The notes under the pieces are model-generated. The model saw only the letters and a list, made by a program, of their open reading frames with translations. It had not been told where the DNA came from and did no database searches. DNA of 64,000 nucleotides from an uncultured delta proteobacterium (GTDB taxonomy: Bacteria > Desulfobacterota > Binatia > HRBIN30 > BPIQ01), in NCBI GenBank assembly GCA_963761335.1, contig CAVXGR010000012.1, positions 224,001 to 288,000 of the forward strand, in the 5' to 3' direction. Shown here piece after piece: positions 26,681 through 36,243 of this stretch (position 1 is the first letter of the stretch; each line of letters starts with the position of its first letter). The position numbers and the translations under genes are program-made.

Positions 26681-28390
26681 ATGCGTCCGGCCGAAGCTCC
26701 CAGCGACAGAGGCCGCCCGCGCTCGGGCATGCGCCTCGCGGAGGTGTTCGCGCGCCGCCAGCGGCGCCGCAACACCCGTTCGCTGGTCGCCTACGCCGCC
26801 TTCCTGGTCATCGTCGTCGCCGTCTTCACGGTCGTCTTCCAACTGCTCATGCGCGCCGAGGGACAGGCGCACTCGTGGATCACTGGGATCTACTGGACGC
26901 TGAGCACGATGACCACGCTGGGCGTTGGCGACGTCGTCTTCCAGACCGACGCCGGCCGACTGTTCACGGTCATCGTCCTGGTCTCCGGTATCCTGCTCTT
27001 CCTCGTCGTCCTGCCGTTCGCCTTCATCCGCCACTTCTACGCCCCCTGGGTGGAGAACCGCCGGGTGCCGGCGCGCCTCGCCGGACACGTGATCGTGGCC
27101 AGCGCCGGCAACATCGCCCTGCCGCTGGTCGCCAAGCTGGAGCTGCACGGCATCCCCTACTTCATCATCGAGCCGGATGCGGCGCGCGCCGCGGCCATGC
27201 AGGCCGACGGCATCTCCGTCGCCGTCGGCGAGGTGGACGACCCGGCCACCTGGGAAAATCTCCGCGCTTCCGCCGCGGCTCTGGTGATCGCCAACGCCGA
27301 GGACGCCATCAATACCAACATCACCCTGACGGTACGCGAGATCTCCCCCTCCGTCCCCGTCGCCGCGCTCGCCGACAGCGAAGCCTCGGTGGAGATCCTG
27401 AAGGTCGTCGGCGCCGACCGCGTCTTCGCCCTCAAGCGCCAGCTCGGCGAGCACCTCGCCAACCGCCTCAACGCCGGGCACGCGCAGACGCACGTCATCG
27501 GCTCCTTTCGCGGCCTGGTGGTCGCCGAGTTCCCGGTCCATCACACCCCACTGGTCGGCCGCAGGATTGGCGACATCGGCCTGCGCGAGGCCATCGGCGT
27601 CAACATCGTCGGCGTGCTCGAGCAGGCGCGCTTCGTGCCGGCGCGGCCCGACATGCCGCTCACCGAGCTGAGCGTTCCGGTGGTCGTCGGCACGCCCGAA
27701 CAGATGCAGGCGCTCGACGAGTTCCTGGTGATCTACGACGCCAACTACAGCCCGGTCGTCGTCATCGGCGGCGGCAAGGTCGGCTGCGCCGCCGCCCACA
27801 TGCTGCACCGCAAGGGCCTGGCGGTGCACCTCGTCGACCGCGACGGGCTGGGAAGCGACTGGAGCGGGGAGCCGCCGGACGAGGTGCTGAGCGGAGACGC
27901 CGCCGAGAACGACCTGGTGCTGGCCGCCGGTCTGCTCCAGGCCCCCGGCGTCCTGCTCACCACCAGCGACGACGCCACCAACATCTATCTCGCCGTGCAC
28001 TGCCGGCGCCTGGCCCCCAATGTCCGCATCGTCAGCCGCGTCACCCACGACCGCAACATCGCCGCCATCCGCCGCGCCGGCGCCGACATCGCCCTCAGCC
28101 ACACCTCGCTCGGCGTGGAGTCGATGTTCGCGGTGCTGCACGGCCACGAGTTCATCATCCTCGGAGAGGGCGTCGAGATGCACGAGATGCCGGTGCCCTC
28201 CTCTCTGGCGGGGAAGACCCTGGCCCAGGCGGCCATCGCCGCCCGCTCCGGCCTCAACGTCATCGCCATCCAGGAGCCGGACAGGCTGCTCACCAACCCG
28301 CCGGCCAGCACTTCGCTGACGCCGGGGAGCGGCCTGCTGATGATCGGCGACCGCAGCCAGCTGAAGACCTTCATCGAGGCATACGGCTGA
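26681..28390 (+). CDS. Potassium channel protein with tandem TrkA-N/TrkA-C (RCK) domains
   Basis: Two TM helices plus pore IYWTLSTMTTLGVGD; two RCK repeats (IGGGKVG). Confidence 0.9.
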   Translation: MRPAEAPSDRGRPRSGMRLAEVFARRQRRRNTRSLVAYAAFLVIVVAVFTVVFQLLMRAEGQAHSWITGIYWTLSTMTTLGVGDVVFQTDAGRLFTVIVLVSGILLFLVVLPFAFIRHFYAPWVENRRVPARLAGHVIVASAGNIALPLVAKLELHGIPYFIIEPDAARAAAMQADGISVAVGEVDDPATWENLRASAAALVIANAEDAINTNITLTVREISPSVPVAALADSEASVEILKVVGADRVFALKRQLGEHLANRLNAGHAQTHVIGSFRGLVVAEFPVHHTPLVGRRIGDIGLREAIGVNIVGVLEQARFVPARPDMPLTELSVPVVVGTPEQMQALDEFLVIYDANYSPVVVIGGGKVGCAAAHMLHRKGLAVHLVDRDGLGSDWSGEPPDEVLSGDAAENDLVLAAGLLQAPGVLLTTSDDATNIYLAVHCRRLAPNVRIVSRVTHDRNIAAIRRAGADIALSHTSLGVESMFAVLHGHEFIILGEGVEMHEMPVPSSLAGKTLAQAAIAARSGLNVIAIQEPDRLLTNPPASTSLTPGSGLLMIGDRSQLKTFIEAYG

Positions 28391-28725
28391 GGGAGGCGCG
28401 GGCTGGCTGGGTCAATGAGCGATCAGAGCAATGGAAAGCGACGGGATGAGAACCGGGAATGAGAATCGGCAAATGACCGCCGCCGCTCCCACGCTACTGC
28501 GTGCCGGTGACAATTTCTGGCAGCGCCACCGGGCTCTGGCATGTGCGCCACGGAACGGCGCAGATCGATTGCGCCAGGGTGCAGACTCGCGGCCCCGACG
28601 GCTCATTGCTCGAAATTCGGAAAGGCCGCCAGGGGCGGCATCGATCCTGCTTAGATCAGAGGGTGGAGCATGAAGGGGCACACCGCCGCAAGTGCGATTC
28701 GGCGCAAAACCCCTGGAGGTCGCAG

Positions 28726-28863
28726 ATGAACTCTGAGCCGAAATGTCCGCGTTGCGGATGGTGGATATCGTGGTGCCGGTGTCCCGGCGAGCGCAGCATC
28801 TGGGAAGCCAGCGGTGATCGGCCTGCCGCAGATCGCGAGGATATCGATAGCGATCAGGGCTAG
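28726..28863 (+). CDS. Putative 45-aa Cys-rich microprotein
   Basis: GGAGGT RBS 5 nt before ATG; MNSEPKCPRCGWWISWCRCP. Confidence 0.4.
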   Translation: MNSEPKCPRCGWWISWCRCPGERSIWEASGDRPAADREDIDSDQG

Positions 28864-28902
28864 AGATGGGCTAGAGAGCCCGACGAGGCAGTCGAGCCCT
28901 CC

Positions 28903-29313
28903 TCAGCCCACGGCGCGCAACCGCGTGCTGCTGCGGCGCACGTTGGGGCGGCTGCGCCGAAAGCGGCGCTCGCCCGTCTCTGAGCGCTGGCGCAGCCGCG
29001 CCAGCGCGGCGCGCACGGCACCCGGGTCGAGGCCCAGGGTCTCGCAGACGACGTTGAAGGAGAACGGCGACTTCCGATTGCTGGCACACACCCAGCTCTC
29101 GGCCTCGCCGCGCACCCGCTGCACGCTGCTCATGTAGCTGGCGATACCGTCCTCCAGCACCGCCAGCATCAACGCCTTGGTCCCCGTGTACTGACCGCTG
29201 CGTGGCTCTCCTCCGCCGAGCCCGGCAACCCCGGTAAGATCGAAACCTCCGTCATCGCCCGACATCCCGACGAGCTCGAGCAGAAGCCGCTTTCGCATCA
29301 GCGGATGTTCCAT
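28903..29313 (-). CDS. Hypothetical protein
   Basis: RBS aaggggag; KALMLAVLEDGI...AESW....SPFSF..VCETLGLDPG.VR, basic tail. Confidence 0.7.
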   Translation of the reverse strand: MEHPLMRKRLLLELVGMSGDDGGFDLTGVAGLGGGEPRSGQYTGTKALMLAVLEDGIASYMSSVQRVRGEAESWVCASNRKSPFSFNVVCETLGLDPGAVRAALARLRQRSETGERRFRRSRPNVRRSSTRLRAVG

Positions 29314-29534
29314 CGCTCCCCTTTCGATGGTGCGCTCGGAGCCTCGCTCCAACCGGCGAATCCCTTCGGGATCCGCCAGCTGGAGCGTTCCCCCCTCGTC
29401 GTTCTGCGATTGTGCGACAGCGCGCCCCCCTTTGAAATCACGTTGAGGATTGAGCAAATAACGGGGCGGGACAATCGTCAAACGATAAATCGCTACATCC
29501 GGCCATCCGCTCGCATTAGAAATACTCACAGCTG

Positions 29535-30362
29535 TCATAAAGGTCCGCGAGCGGCGGCCACCGCGGCACGCACGCTGGCGCGCACCAGACGCAGGGCGGC
29601 GGCGGTGCGTGCGCCAAACCACCAGAGCGCCCGCCCGTCGATGAAGCGCGCCGGCGGCACCCCGCCCCAGGCCGCCAGCTCCGCCTGCATGGCCTGCAGA
29701 TCCACCTGACGAAAGCGATAGGGCTCGCTCGGAAGCAGGAGCAGCTCGGGGTGGCGCGCCGCCACCGCGTCGAGCGAGACCGTGCCGTAGCGCTGTGCGC
29801 CGTCGGCGCAGACATTGGCGGCGCCGCTCAGCCGCAGCACGTCGTGGGCGTAGGTATCGGCATTGAAGGTCATCCACGGATCTCGCCACACCGGGCAGAA
29901 CACCCGCAGCGGGCCAGCGGCCGGCTCCGCGGCGAGCTCGTCGAGCGCTTGGCGAATGCCGGCGCCGAGCTGCGCCGCCTCGCGGGGATGACCGACGATG
30001 CGGCCCAGGCGCTCGAGCCAGTCGCACACCTCGTCGACGCGCTTCGGAAAGGACACGAACACGGGGAGACCCGCATCCCGCAGGGCGCGATAATCCTCGA
30101 CGCGGTTCTCCTCCTCGCTCATGAAGACCAGGTCGGGCCGGTAGGCGACGATGCGCGCGCAGTCCGGATCCTTGGTGCCGCCGAGCCGCGGCCGGCGGCG
30201 TGCTTCCGCCGGCGCCGCGCAGAAGCGGGTGACGCCGGCGACCGCCTCGCCGGCACCGAGCGCGAACAGAGTCTCGGTGATGTTGGGGACCAGCGACACC
30301 ACTCGCCGCGGCGGCCGCGACAGCGACACGACGCGGCCGCGATCGTCGGCGACCTCGATCAC
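29535..30362 (-). CDS. Helical-backbone metal receptor (BtuF-like cobalamin-binding protein)
   Basis: RRVVSLVPNITETLFALG, VTRFC, LGGTKDP, PDLV..EEN, LLPSEPYRF. Confidence 0.85.
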   Translation of the reverse strand: MIEVADDRGRVVSLSRPPRRVVSLVPNITETLFALGAGEAVAGVTRFCAAPAEARRRPRLGGTKDPDCARIVAYRPDLVFMSEEENRVEDYRALRDAGLPVFVSFPKRVDEVCDWLERLGRIVGHPREAAQLGAGIRQALDELAAEPAAGPLRVFCPVWRDPWMTFNADTYAHDVLRLSGAANVCADGAQRYGTVSLDAVAARHPELLLLPSEPYRFRQVDLQAMQAELAAWGGVPPARFIDGRALWWFGARTAAALRLVRASVRAAVAAARGPL

Positions 30363-30601
30363 GGGGTGCGACGCAGCACCGACTCCAGCGCCTTGCGCTC
30401 GTCGGTGGTGATCTCCTCGCGGTGCGCCGCTCCCCCGGCGGTCGGCGTCGGCGTCGCCAGAGCCGCCGTCGGGCGCACCGGCGCCGCCGACGGGAAGCCG
30501 TTCCGCGGCCAGAGCCGCACGGCAACCGCGATCACGCCGAACGCCGCCGCGATCACCAGGATCGTGGACAGCAACCCGGGCTCGCGCCGGCGGCGCTTCA
30601 T
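30359..30601 (-). CDS. Small single-TM hypothetical protein
   Basis: Basic N-terminus, TM helix, EEITTDERKALESVL; overlaps both neighbours by 4 nt. Confidence 0.7.
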   Translation of the reverse strand: MKRRRREPGLLSTILVIAAAFGVIAVAVRLWPRNGFPSAAPVRPTAALATPTPTAGGAAHREEITTDERKALESVLRRTP

Positions 30602-31791
30602 CCCAGCTCGCCTGGCGACAGCGGCACTGTCAGCTCACCGCGCACGGCGGCCCGCAACACACTCCAGCGGCCGGCGCGATCCCAGCCGCCGACGCCGTTG
30701 TACCAGCGGATGCCGATCTCCTGGGCGCGCCGGCTGCGCGCCGCCAGGCCGAAGGCCAGGCGCCAGAACGGCCCGTAGAAGAGCCGCGTGCCGACACCGA
30801 GCCGATGCAGCTTGCGGCCCATCCACGAGGAGCGGATGAGGCCGGAGTAATCGGCGAAGGACAGGTCGGAGGTGGCGAAGGCCCGATCCAAGGTGGCGGC
30901 GGCGTAACGCCCATACTCGAAGGCGTAGGAGATCCCCTCGCCCATCAACGGATCCACGCCGGCGGCGTCGCCCACCAGCAGGGCGCCCCTGGTGGCCAGC
31001 GGCGCCGTGCTCCGGTACCAGTGGATGGGAAAGGCCTTGATGCGTTCCAGGCGGCCGCCGAGCCGCTCGACCTCGCGCCGCAGAAATTCCTGAAGCCGTT
31101 TGCCCTCCGGATGCACGGAGTAGACGCCGAGGTTGGCGTGCGGCTCTCCGCCGATGACACACGGGAATGCCCAGAAGTAGCCGCGCAGGCCGGAGGCGAC
31201 ACCGGTGAAGCCGAAGTCGTAGCGGCGCGCCGCGAAGCCGTCCCAGTCGAGGTCGCGAAGCGGAACGTCGGTCATCACGGCGCGGCCGGTGTTGGCACTC
31301 TTCGCCGCGATCAGCCGTCGCCGCACCACACTGCCGGAACCGTCGGCGCCGATCACGGCGCGCGCCAGAATGCTGCCGCGCTCGGTCTCCACGCGGATGC
31401 CGTCGCCCTCACGGCGCAGGTCGACGACGCGCTCGTGTTGCCGCAGCTCGCCGCCGCCGGACGTCCAGGCGTCCGCGAGGCTGGCGTCGAACTCGGCGCG
31501 GCGGATGACGCAGCAGAGATTCTCGCCGCGGTAGTCGACCCGTCCTCCGGGAATGTGCACTGCCGCAGCGTCCACCCGGGCATGGGGGACGCGCAGCGGC
31601 ACCCCGAGCTCCTCCAGGCAGGCCAGCGTGTGCGGGATGAGACCGCCGGCGCACACCTTCTCGCGCGGATGCTCCGCCTTCTCCAGCACCAGCGCTTCGC
31701 TGGCGAGTGCCGGATTGCGCTGGCGCAGAAACAGCGCGGTGGCGATTCCGGCGGGGCCGGAGCCGATGATTGCGAGCGGGCGGCGTTCCAT
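30598..31791 (-). CDS. FAD-dependent oxidoreductase, geranylgeranyl reductase family
   Basis: IIGSGPAG, PREKVCAGG, IGADGSGSVVRR, LVGDAAG.DPLMGEGI. Confidence 0.88.
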   Translation of the reverse strand: MERRPLAIIGSGPAGIATALFLRQRNPALASEALVLEKAEHPREKVCAGGLIPHTLACLEELGVPLRVPHARVDAAAVHIPGGRVDYRGENLCCVIRRAEFDASLADAWTSGGGELRQHERVVDLRREGDGIRVETERGSILARAVIGADGSGSVVRRRLIAAKSANTGRAVMTDVPLRDLDWDGFAARRYDFGFTGVASGLRGYFWAFPCVIGGEPHANLGVYSVHPEGKRLQEFLRREVERLGGRLERIKAFPIHWYRSTAPLATRGALLVGDAAGVDPLMGEGISYAFEYGRYAAATLDRAFATSDLSFADYSGLIRSSWMGRKLHRLGVGTRLFYGPFWRLAFGLAARSRRAQEIGIRWYNGVGGWDRAGRWSVLRAAVRGELTVPLSPGELG

Positions 31792-31819
31792 GGGCAGCGG
31801 CGCCCGACGCGGGCTCCCT

Positions 31820-32224
31820 CTACTCCCGCGGCGGAACGTTGCTGCGCACCCACTCGACGATCGAGTCGGTGCTGGCGCCGGGAGTGAAGATCTCCTTGAC
31901 GCCCTGCTGCTTGAGGACCGGGATGTCCTCATGCGGCACGATGCCACCGCCAAAGACGACGACGTCCTGACCGCCCTTGTCGCGCAGCTGCTCGAGGATC
32001 GCCGGGAACAAGGTCATGTGCGCCCCGGAGAGGATGCTCAGGCCGACGGCGTCGACGTCCTCCTGCACCGCCGCCTCGGCAATCATCTCGGGCGTCTGGT
32101 GCAGCCCGGTGTAGATCACCTCGAAGCCGGCGTCGCGCAGGGCGCGGGCGATGATCTTGGCGCCGCGGTCGTGCCCGTCGAGGCCGGGCTTGGCCACCAG
32201 AATGCGCAAAGGTCTCTGTGCCAC
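31820..32224 (-). CDS. icmB: Acyl-CoA mutase small (cobalamin-binding) subunit
   Basis: [11 protein letters not shown] (DxHxxG), [16 protein letters not shown]. Confidence 0.8.
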   Translation of the reverse strand: MAQRPLRILVAKPGLDGHDRGAKIIARALRDAGFEVIYTGLHQTPEMIAEAAVQEDVDAVGLSILSGAHMTLFPAILEQLRDKGGQDVVVFGGGIVPHEDIPVLKQQGVKEIFTPGASTDSIVEWVRSNVPPRE

Positions 32225-32270
32225 GTTCGAATTCCTCCTCGAGCTCAATGCTGCAGTGCGCCGCTGCGCC

Positions 32271-33914
32271 TCAGATCCAGGCGGGGTCGCGGTAGACGCC
32301 GAAGACCTCGCGGAAAACGTCGGAGATCTCGCCGATGCTGCACTCGAGGCGCACCGCGTCGAGGATCGGCGGCATCAGATTGGTGCCCTGGCGCGCCGCC
32401 TCTCGCACTCCCCCCAGGGCCTCGCGCACCCGCCCCGGCTGGCGCGATCGCTTGCGCGAGCGCACGCGCTCCGCCTGCCGCCGCTCGAGCTCGGGAGCGA
32501 TGCGCAGGACCTCCAAGGGCGGCTCCTCGGCGATCTGGTACTTGTTGACGCCGACCATCACCTTCTCGCCGCGCTCGAGCTGCCGCTGGTAGTGATACGC
32601 CGCCTCGGCGATCTCCTTCTGCGGAAAGCCGAGCTCGATGGCGCGCACCATGCCGCCGAGCTCGTCGATCCTGTCGATGTAGGCGCGGGCCTCGGCCTCC
32701 ATGCGGTCGGTGAGCGCCTCGACCGCCCAGCTACCGCCGAGCGGATCGACGACGTTGGTCACGCCACTCTCCTCGGCGATCACCTGCTGGGTGCGGAGGG
32801 CGACCAGCACCGCCTGCTCGCTGGGCAGGGCGAGGGTCTCGTCCATGGAGTTGGTGTGCAGCGACTGCACGCCGCCGAAGACGCCGGCGAGCGCCTGCAC
32901 GGCAACGCGCACGACGTTGTTCAGCGGCTGTTGCGCGGTGAGCGAGCAGCCGGCGGTCTGCGCGTGCGTGCGCAGCATCAACGAGCGCGGCTGCCGCGCC
33001 CCGAAGCGGTCGCGCATCAGACGGGCCCAGAGCCGCCGCGCGGCGCGGAGCTTGGCGACCTCCTCCAGGAAATCGTTGTGGATGTTGAAGAAGAACGAGA
33101 GCCGCGGCGCGAAGCTGTCGACGTCGAGGCCGCGATCGACCGCCGCCTGCACGTAGGCGACGCCGTCGGCGATGGTGAAGGCGAGCTCCTGGACGGCCGT
33201 CGAGCCGGCCTCGCGGATGTGGTAGCCGGAGATCGACACCGGATGCCAGCGGGGCACGTGTCGGGCACAGAACTCGAGCATGTCGACGATGATGCGCACC
33301 GACGGCTCCGGCGGGCAGATCCACTCCTTCTGGGCGATGAACTCCTTGAGCATGTCGTTCTGGATGGTGCCGCCCAGCCGATCCCAGGGGATCCCCTGGC
33401 GCTCGGCCACCACCAGGTACATCGCCAGCGCGATGCTGGCGGTGCAGTTGATGGTCATCGAGGTGGTCACCTGATCGAGGCGGATGCCGTTGAACAGGCT
33501 CTCCATGTCGCTGATCGTGGAGACCGCGACGCCTTCGCGACCCACCTCGCCGAGAGCCCGCGGGTGGTCGGCGTCGTAGCCCATCAGCGCCGGCATATCG
33601 AAGGCGGTGGAGAGGCCGGTCTGTCCCTCGGCGAGCAGGAAACGGAAGCGCTCGTTGGTGTCCTCGGCGGTGCCGAAGCCGGCAAACTGGCGCATGGTCC
33701 ACAGCCGGCCGCGGTACATGCTGGGGTGAATGCCGCGGGTGTACGGAAAGCCGCCGGGGTACCCGAGCCGCTCTTCGACGGCGCCGCCGGCGTCGACGTC
33801 CGCCGGCGTGTACAGCGGCTCGACCTCCATGTCGGAGACGGTGCTGAAGTGAGGCAGGCGGTCGCTGTCCGCCGGGTAGCGCTGCCGCAGCCAGTCGCGC
33901 TTGCTGTCGGTCAT
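32271..33914 (-). CDS. icmA: Acyl-CoA mutase large subunit, isobutyryl-CoA mutase-like
   Basis: [52 protein letters not shown]. Confidence 0.75.
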   Translation of the reverse strand: MTDSKRDWLRQRYPADSDRLPHFSTVSDMEVEPLYTPADVDAGGAVEERLGYPGGFPYTRGIHPSMYRGRLWTMRQFAGFGTAEDTNERFRFLLAEGQTGLSTAFDMPALMGYDADHPRALGEVGREGVAVSTISDMESLFNGIRLDQVTTSMTINCTASIALAMYLVVAERQGIPWDRLGGTIQNDMLKEFIAQKEWICPPEPSVRIIVDMLEFCARHVPRWHPVSISGYHIREAGSTAVQELAFTIADGVAYVQAAVDRGLDVDSFAPRLSFFFNIHNDFLEEVAKLRAARRLWARLMRDRFGARQPRSLMLRTHAQTAGCSLTAQQPLNNVVRVAVQALAGVFGGVQSLHTNSMDETLALPSEQAVLVALRTQQVIAEESGVTNVVDPLGGSWAVEALTDRMEAEARAYIDRIDELGGMVRAIELGFPQKEIAEAAYHYQRQLERGEKVMVGVNKYQIAEEPPLEVLRIAPELERRQAERVRSRKRSRQPGRVREALGGVREAARQGTNLMPPILDAVRLECSIGEISDVFREVFGVYRDPAWI

Positions 33915-34171
33915 CCGTCGCCCTCCCCTTCGCCTCGGCCGCTCGCCGCTTCCTGTTTTCCGGTGCGGCCGGCGATCAGGCCGCGGGCGACCCGGCTCCA
34001 CTCGTCGGGCACCAGGAGGCGAATCTCACCCATGGCGAAGAAGGTCAGCGGTTCCATGCGGAAGTTCTGGTTCTCGATCACGCACGGCACTCCGTAGTGC
34101 TCGAGGAAGCCCTTGACGATGTGCGCTTCGTGCTCCATGGGCGTGCAGAAGCACACGCGCCAATCGCTCAT
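33911..34171 (-). CDS. DUF2007-like putative signal-transducing protein
   Basis: [16 protein letters not shown]....EIRLLVP. Confidence 0.75.
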   Translation of the reverse strand: MSDWRVCFCTPMEHEAHIVKGFLEHYGVPCVIENQNFRMEPLTFFAMGEIRLLVPDEWSRVARGLIAGRTGKQEAASGRGEGEGDG

Positions 34172-34186
34172 CGCAGCCCCCGCACG

Positions 34187-35140
34187 TCAGTACTCCGGCT
34201 TGAGGTCGAAGCGATGGGTCGCCTCGATGAAGCGCACGGTGTGCGTCCGCGAGCGCATCACCACCGAGTTCGAGGTGGCGCCGCCGCGGAAGAAGCGCAC
34301 GCCCGAGAGAAAGTCGCCGTTGGTCACTCCGGTGGCGGCGAACATGATGCTCCCCGAGGCCATGTCCTCCGCCTTGAGCCGCTTCTGCACGTCGCCGATG
34401 CCGGCGGCGTGCAGGCGCTCGATCTCCTCCGGGTTGCGCGGCCGCAGGCGGCCCTGCATGTCGCCCCCGGAGCAGCGCATCGCCGCCGCCGTGAGCACCC
34501 CCTGCGGGGCGCCGCCGGTACCCATGAGCATGTCGATCCCGGAGTTGGGCTTGCTGGTCGCCATGGCGGCGCCGACGTCGCCGTCACCGAGGAGGCGGAT
34601 GCGGGCGCCGGCGCGCCGCACCTCCTGGATCACCTTCTCGTGCCGGGGCCGATCGAGGATCGCGACCGTCAGGTCGGCGACGTAGACGCCCTTGGCATCG
34701 GCCAGGGCCTTGAGGTTCTCGGTGGCCGAGCGGTCGAGGTCGATGGCGCCGCGCCCCTCGGGGCCGACGACGATCTTCTCCATCTGCGTCTCCGGGCAGC
34801 GCAGAAAGCCGCCGGGCTCACCGATGGCGATGATCGACAGGGCGTTGTAGCCGCCGGTGGCGCAGATGGTGGCGCCCTCGAGCGGGTCGAGGGCGACGTC
34901 GATCTCCGGGCCGTTGCGGTTGCCGACCTTCTCGCCGTTGTAGAGGAGATCGCTCTCCCCCTCCGCCCCCTCCCCGATCACCACGGTGCCGTCGATGGCG
35001 ATCGAGTTGAAGGCGCGGCGCATGGCCTCGGCGCCGGCGCGGTCGGTGGCACCCACGTCGCCGCGGCCCATGAGCCGGGCAGCGGCCAGTGCCGCTGCTT
35101 CGGTGACGCGGACGACTTCGAGAGCGAGATTGCGATCCAT
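34187..35140 (-). CDS. glpX: Class II fructose-1,6-bisphosphatase
   Basis: LEVVRVTEAAA, VVIGEG, DPLEG, LDRPRH, DGDV, FAATGVT. Confidence 0.97.
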   Translation of the reverse strand: MDRNLALEVVRVTEAAALAAARLMGRGDVGATDRAGAEAMRRAFNSIAIDGTVVIGEGAEGESDLLYNGEKVGNRNGPEIDVALDPLEGATICATGGYNALSIIAIGEPGGFLRCPETQMEKIVVGPEGRGAIDLDRSATENLKALADAKGVYVADLTVAILDRPRHEKVIQEVRRAGARIRLLGDGDVGAAMATSKPNSGIDMLMGTGGAPQGVLTAAAMRCSGGDMQGRLRPRNPEEIERLHAAGIGDVQKRLKAEDMASGSIMFAATGVTNGDFLSGVRFFRGGATSNSVVMRSRTHTVRFIEATHRFDLKPEY

Positions 35141-35166
35141 GAGCGGGGCGAATCGACCTTCGACAG

Positions 35167-36243
35167 TTACTCAACTTCCAGGAATTCCATCAGTTTGTCC
35201 AGGCTGGCCGGGACCCGGGAAGGCTCTCCCACCTGCCGCAGGGCAGTGTCGGGGTCCTTGAGCCCGTGACCGGTCAGCGTGCAGACGACGAGGTCGTCAG
35301 TCTTGAAGATACCCTGTTTCACCTTGCGGATCACCCCGGCCACCCCCGCCGCGGAGGCGGGCTCGCAGAAGACTCCCTCGCTGCGCCCCATCAGCTGATA
35401 GGCGGCCAGGATCTCCTCGTCGCTGACCGCCTCGATGGCCCCTTCCGACTCGTCCCGGGCGCGCACGGCGCTCTCCCAGCTGGCCGGGTTGCCGATGCGG
35501 ATGGCGGTGGCGATGGTCTCCGGATTCTCGATCACGTAGCCGCGCACGATGGGGGCGGCACCCTCCGCCTCGAAGCCCATCATCCGCGGCAGCCGCCGGA
35601 TGATGCCCTCGCGCGAGTACTCGCCGTAGCCGCTCCAGTAGGCGGTGATGTTGCCGGCGTTGCCGACCGGCAGGAAATGATAGGTCGGCGGCTCGCCGAG
35701 CTCGTCGCAGATCTCGAATGCCGCCGTCTTCTGCCCTTCGATGCGGTGCGGGTTGATCGAGTTCACCAGGGTGACCGGGCAGCGCTCCGCGGCGGCGCGC
35801 ACCAGAGTCAGGGCATTGTCGAAGCTGCCCTCGATGCTCACCACCTTGGCGCCGTGCATGACCGCCTGCGACAGCTTGCCCTTGGCGATGTTGCCGTGCG
35901 GCACGACCACATAAGCCTTCAGCCCGGCGCGCGCCGCGTAGGCCGCCGCCGAGGCCGAGGTGTTGCCGGTCGAGGCGCAGATGACGGCGCGCGCCCCCGC
36001 CTCCACCGCCTTGCTGATGGCCATCGTCATGCCGCGGTCCTTGAACGACGCCGTCGGGTTCATGCCCTCGAACTTCAGATACAGACGCGCCTTCAGGCCG
36101 ATGGCATCGGCCAGCCGCCGGCAGGGGATCAGCGGCGTGTTTCCCTCGAACAGAGTGACGATTGGCGTGTGCTCGTCGACCGACAGGAAACGCCGGTAGC
36201 GTTCGATGACTCCCGGCCAGCTCGTCGATTGCGCGGTGTTCAT
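35167..36243 (-). CDS. thrC: Threonine synthase
   Basis: EGMNPTASFKDRG, ASTGNTSAS, PVGNAGN, TGHGLKD. Confidence 0.97.
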   Translation of the reverse strand: MNTAQSTSWPGVIERYRRFLSVDEHTPIVTLFEGNTPLIPCRRLADAIGLKARLYLKFEGMNPTASFKDRGMTMAISKAVEAGARAVICASTGNTSASAAAYAARAGLKAYVVVPHGNIAKGKLSQAVMHGAKVVSIEGSFDNALTLVRAAAERCPVTLVNSINPHRIEGQKTAAFEICDELGEPPTYHFLPVGNAGNITAYWSGYGEYSREGIIRRLPRMMGFEAEGAAPIVRGYVIENPETIATAIRIGNPASWESAVRARDESEGAIEAVSDEEILAAYQLMGRSEGVFCEPASAAGVAGVIRKVKQGIFKTDDLVVCTLTGHGLKDPDTALRQVGEPSRVPASLDKLMEFLEVE

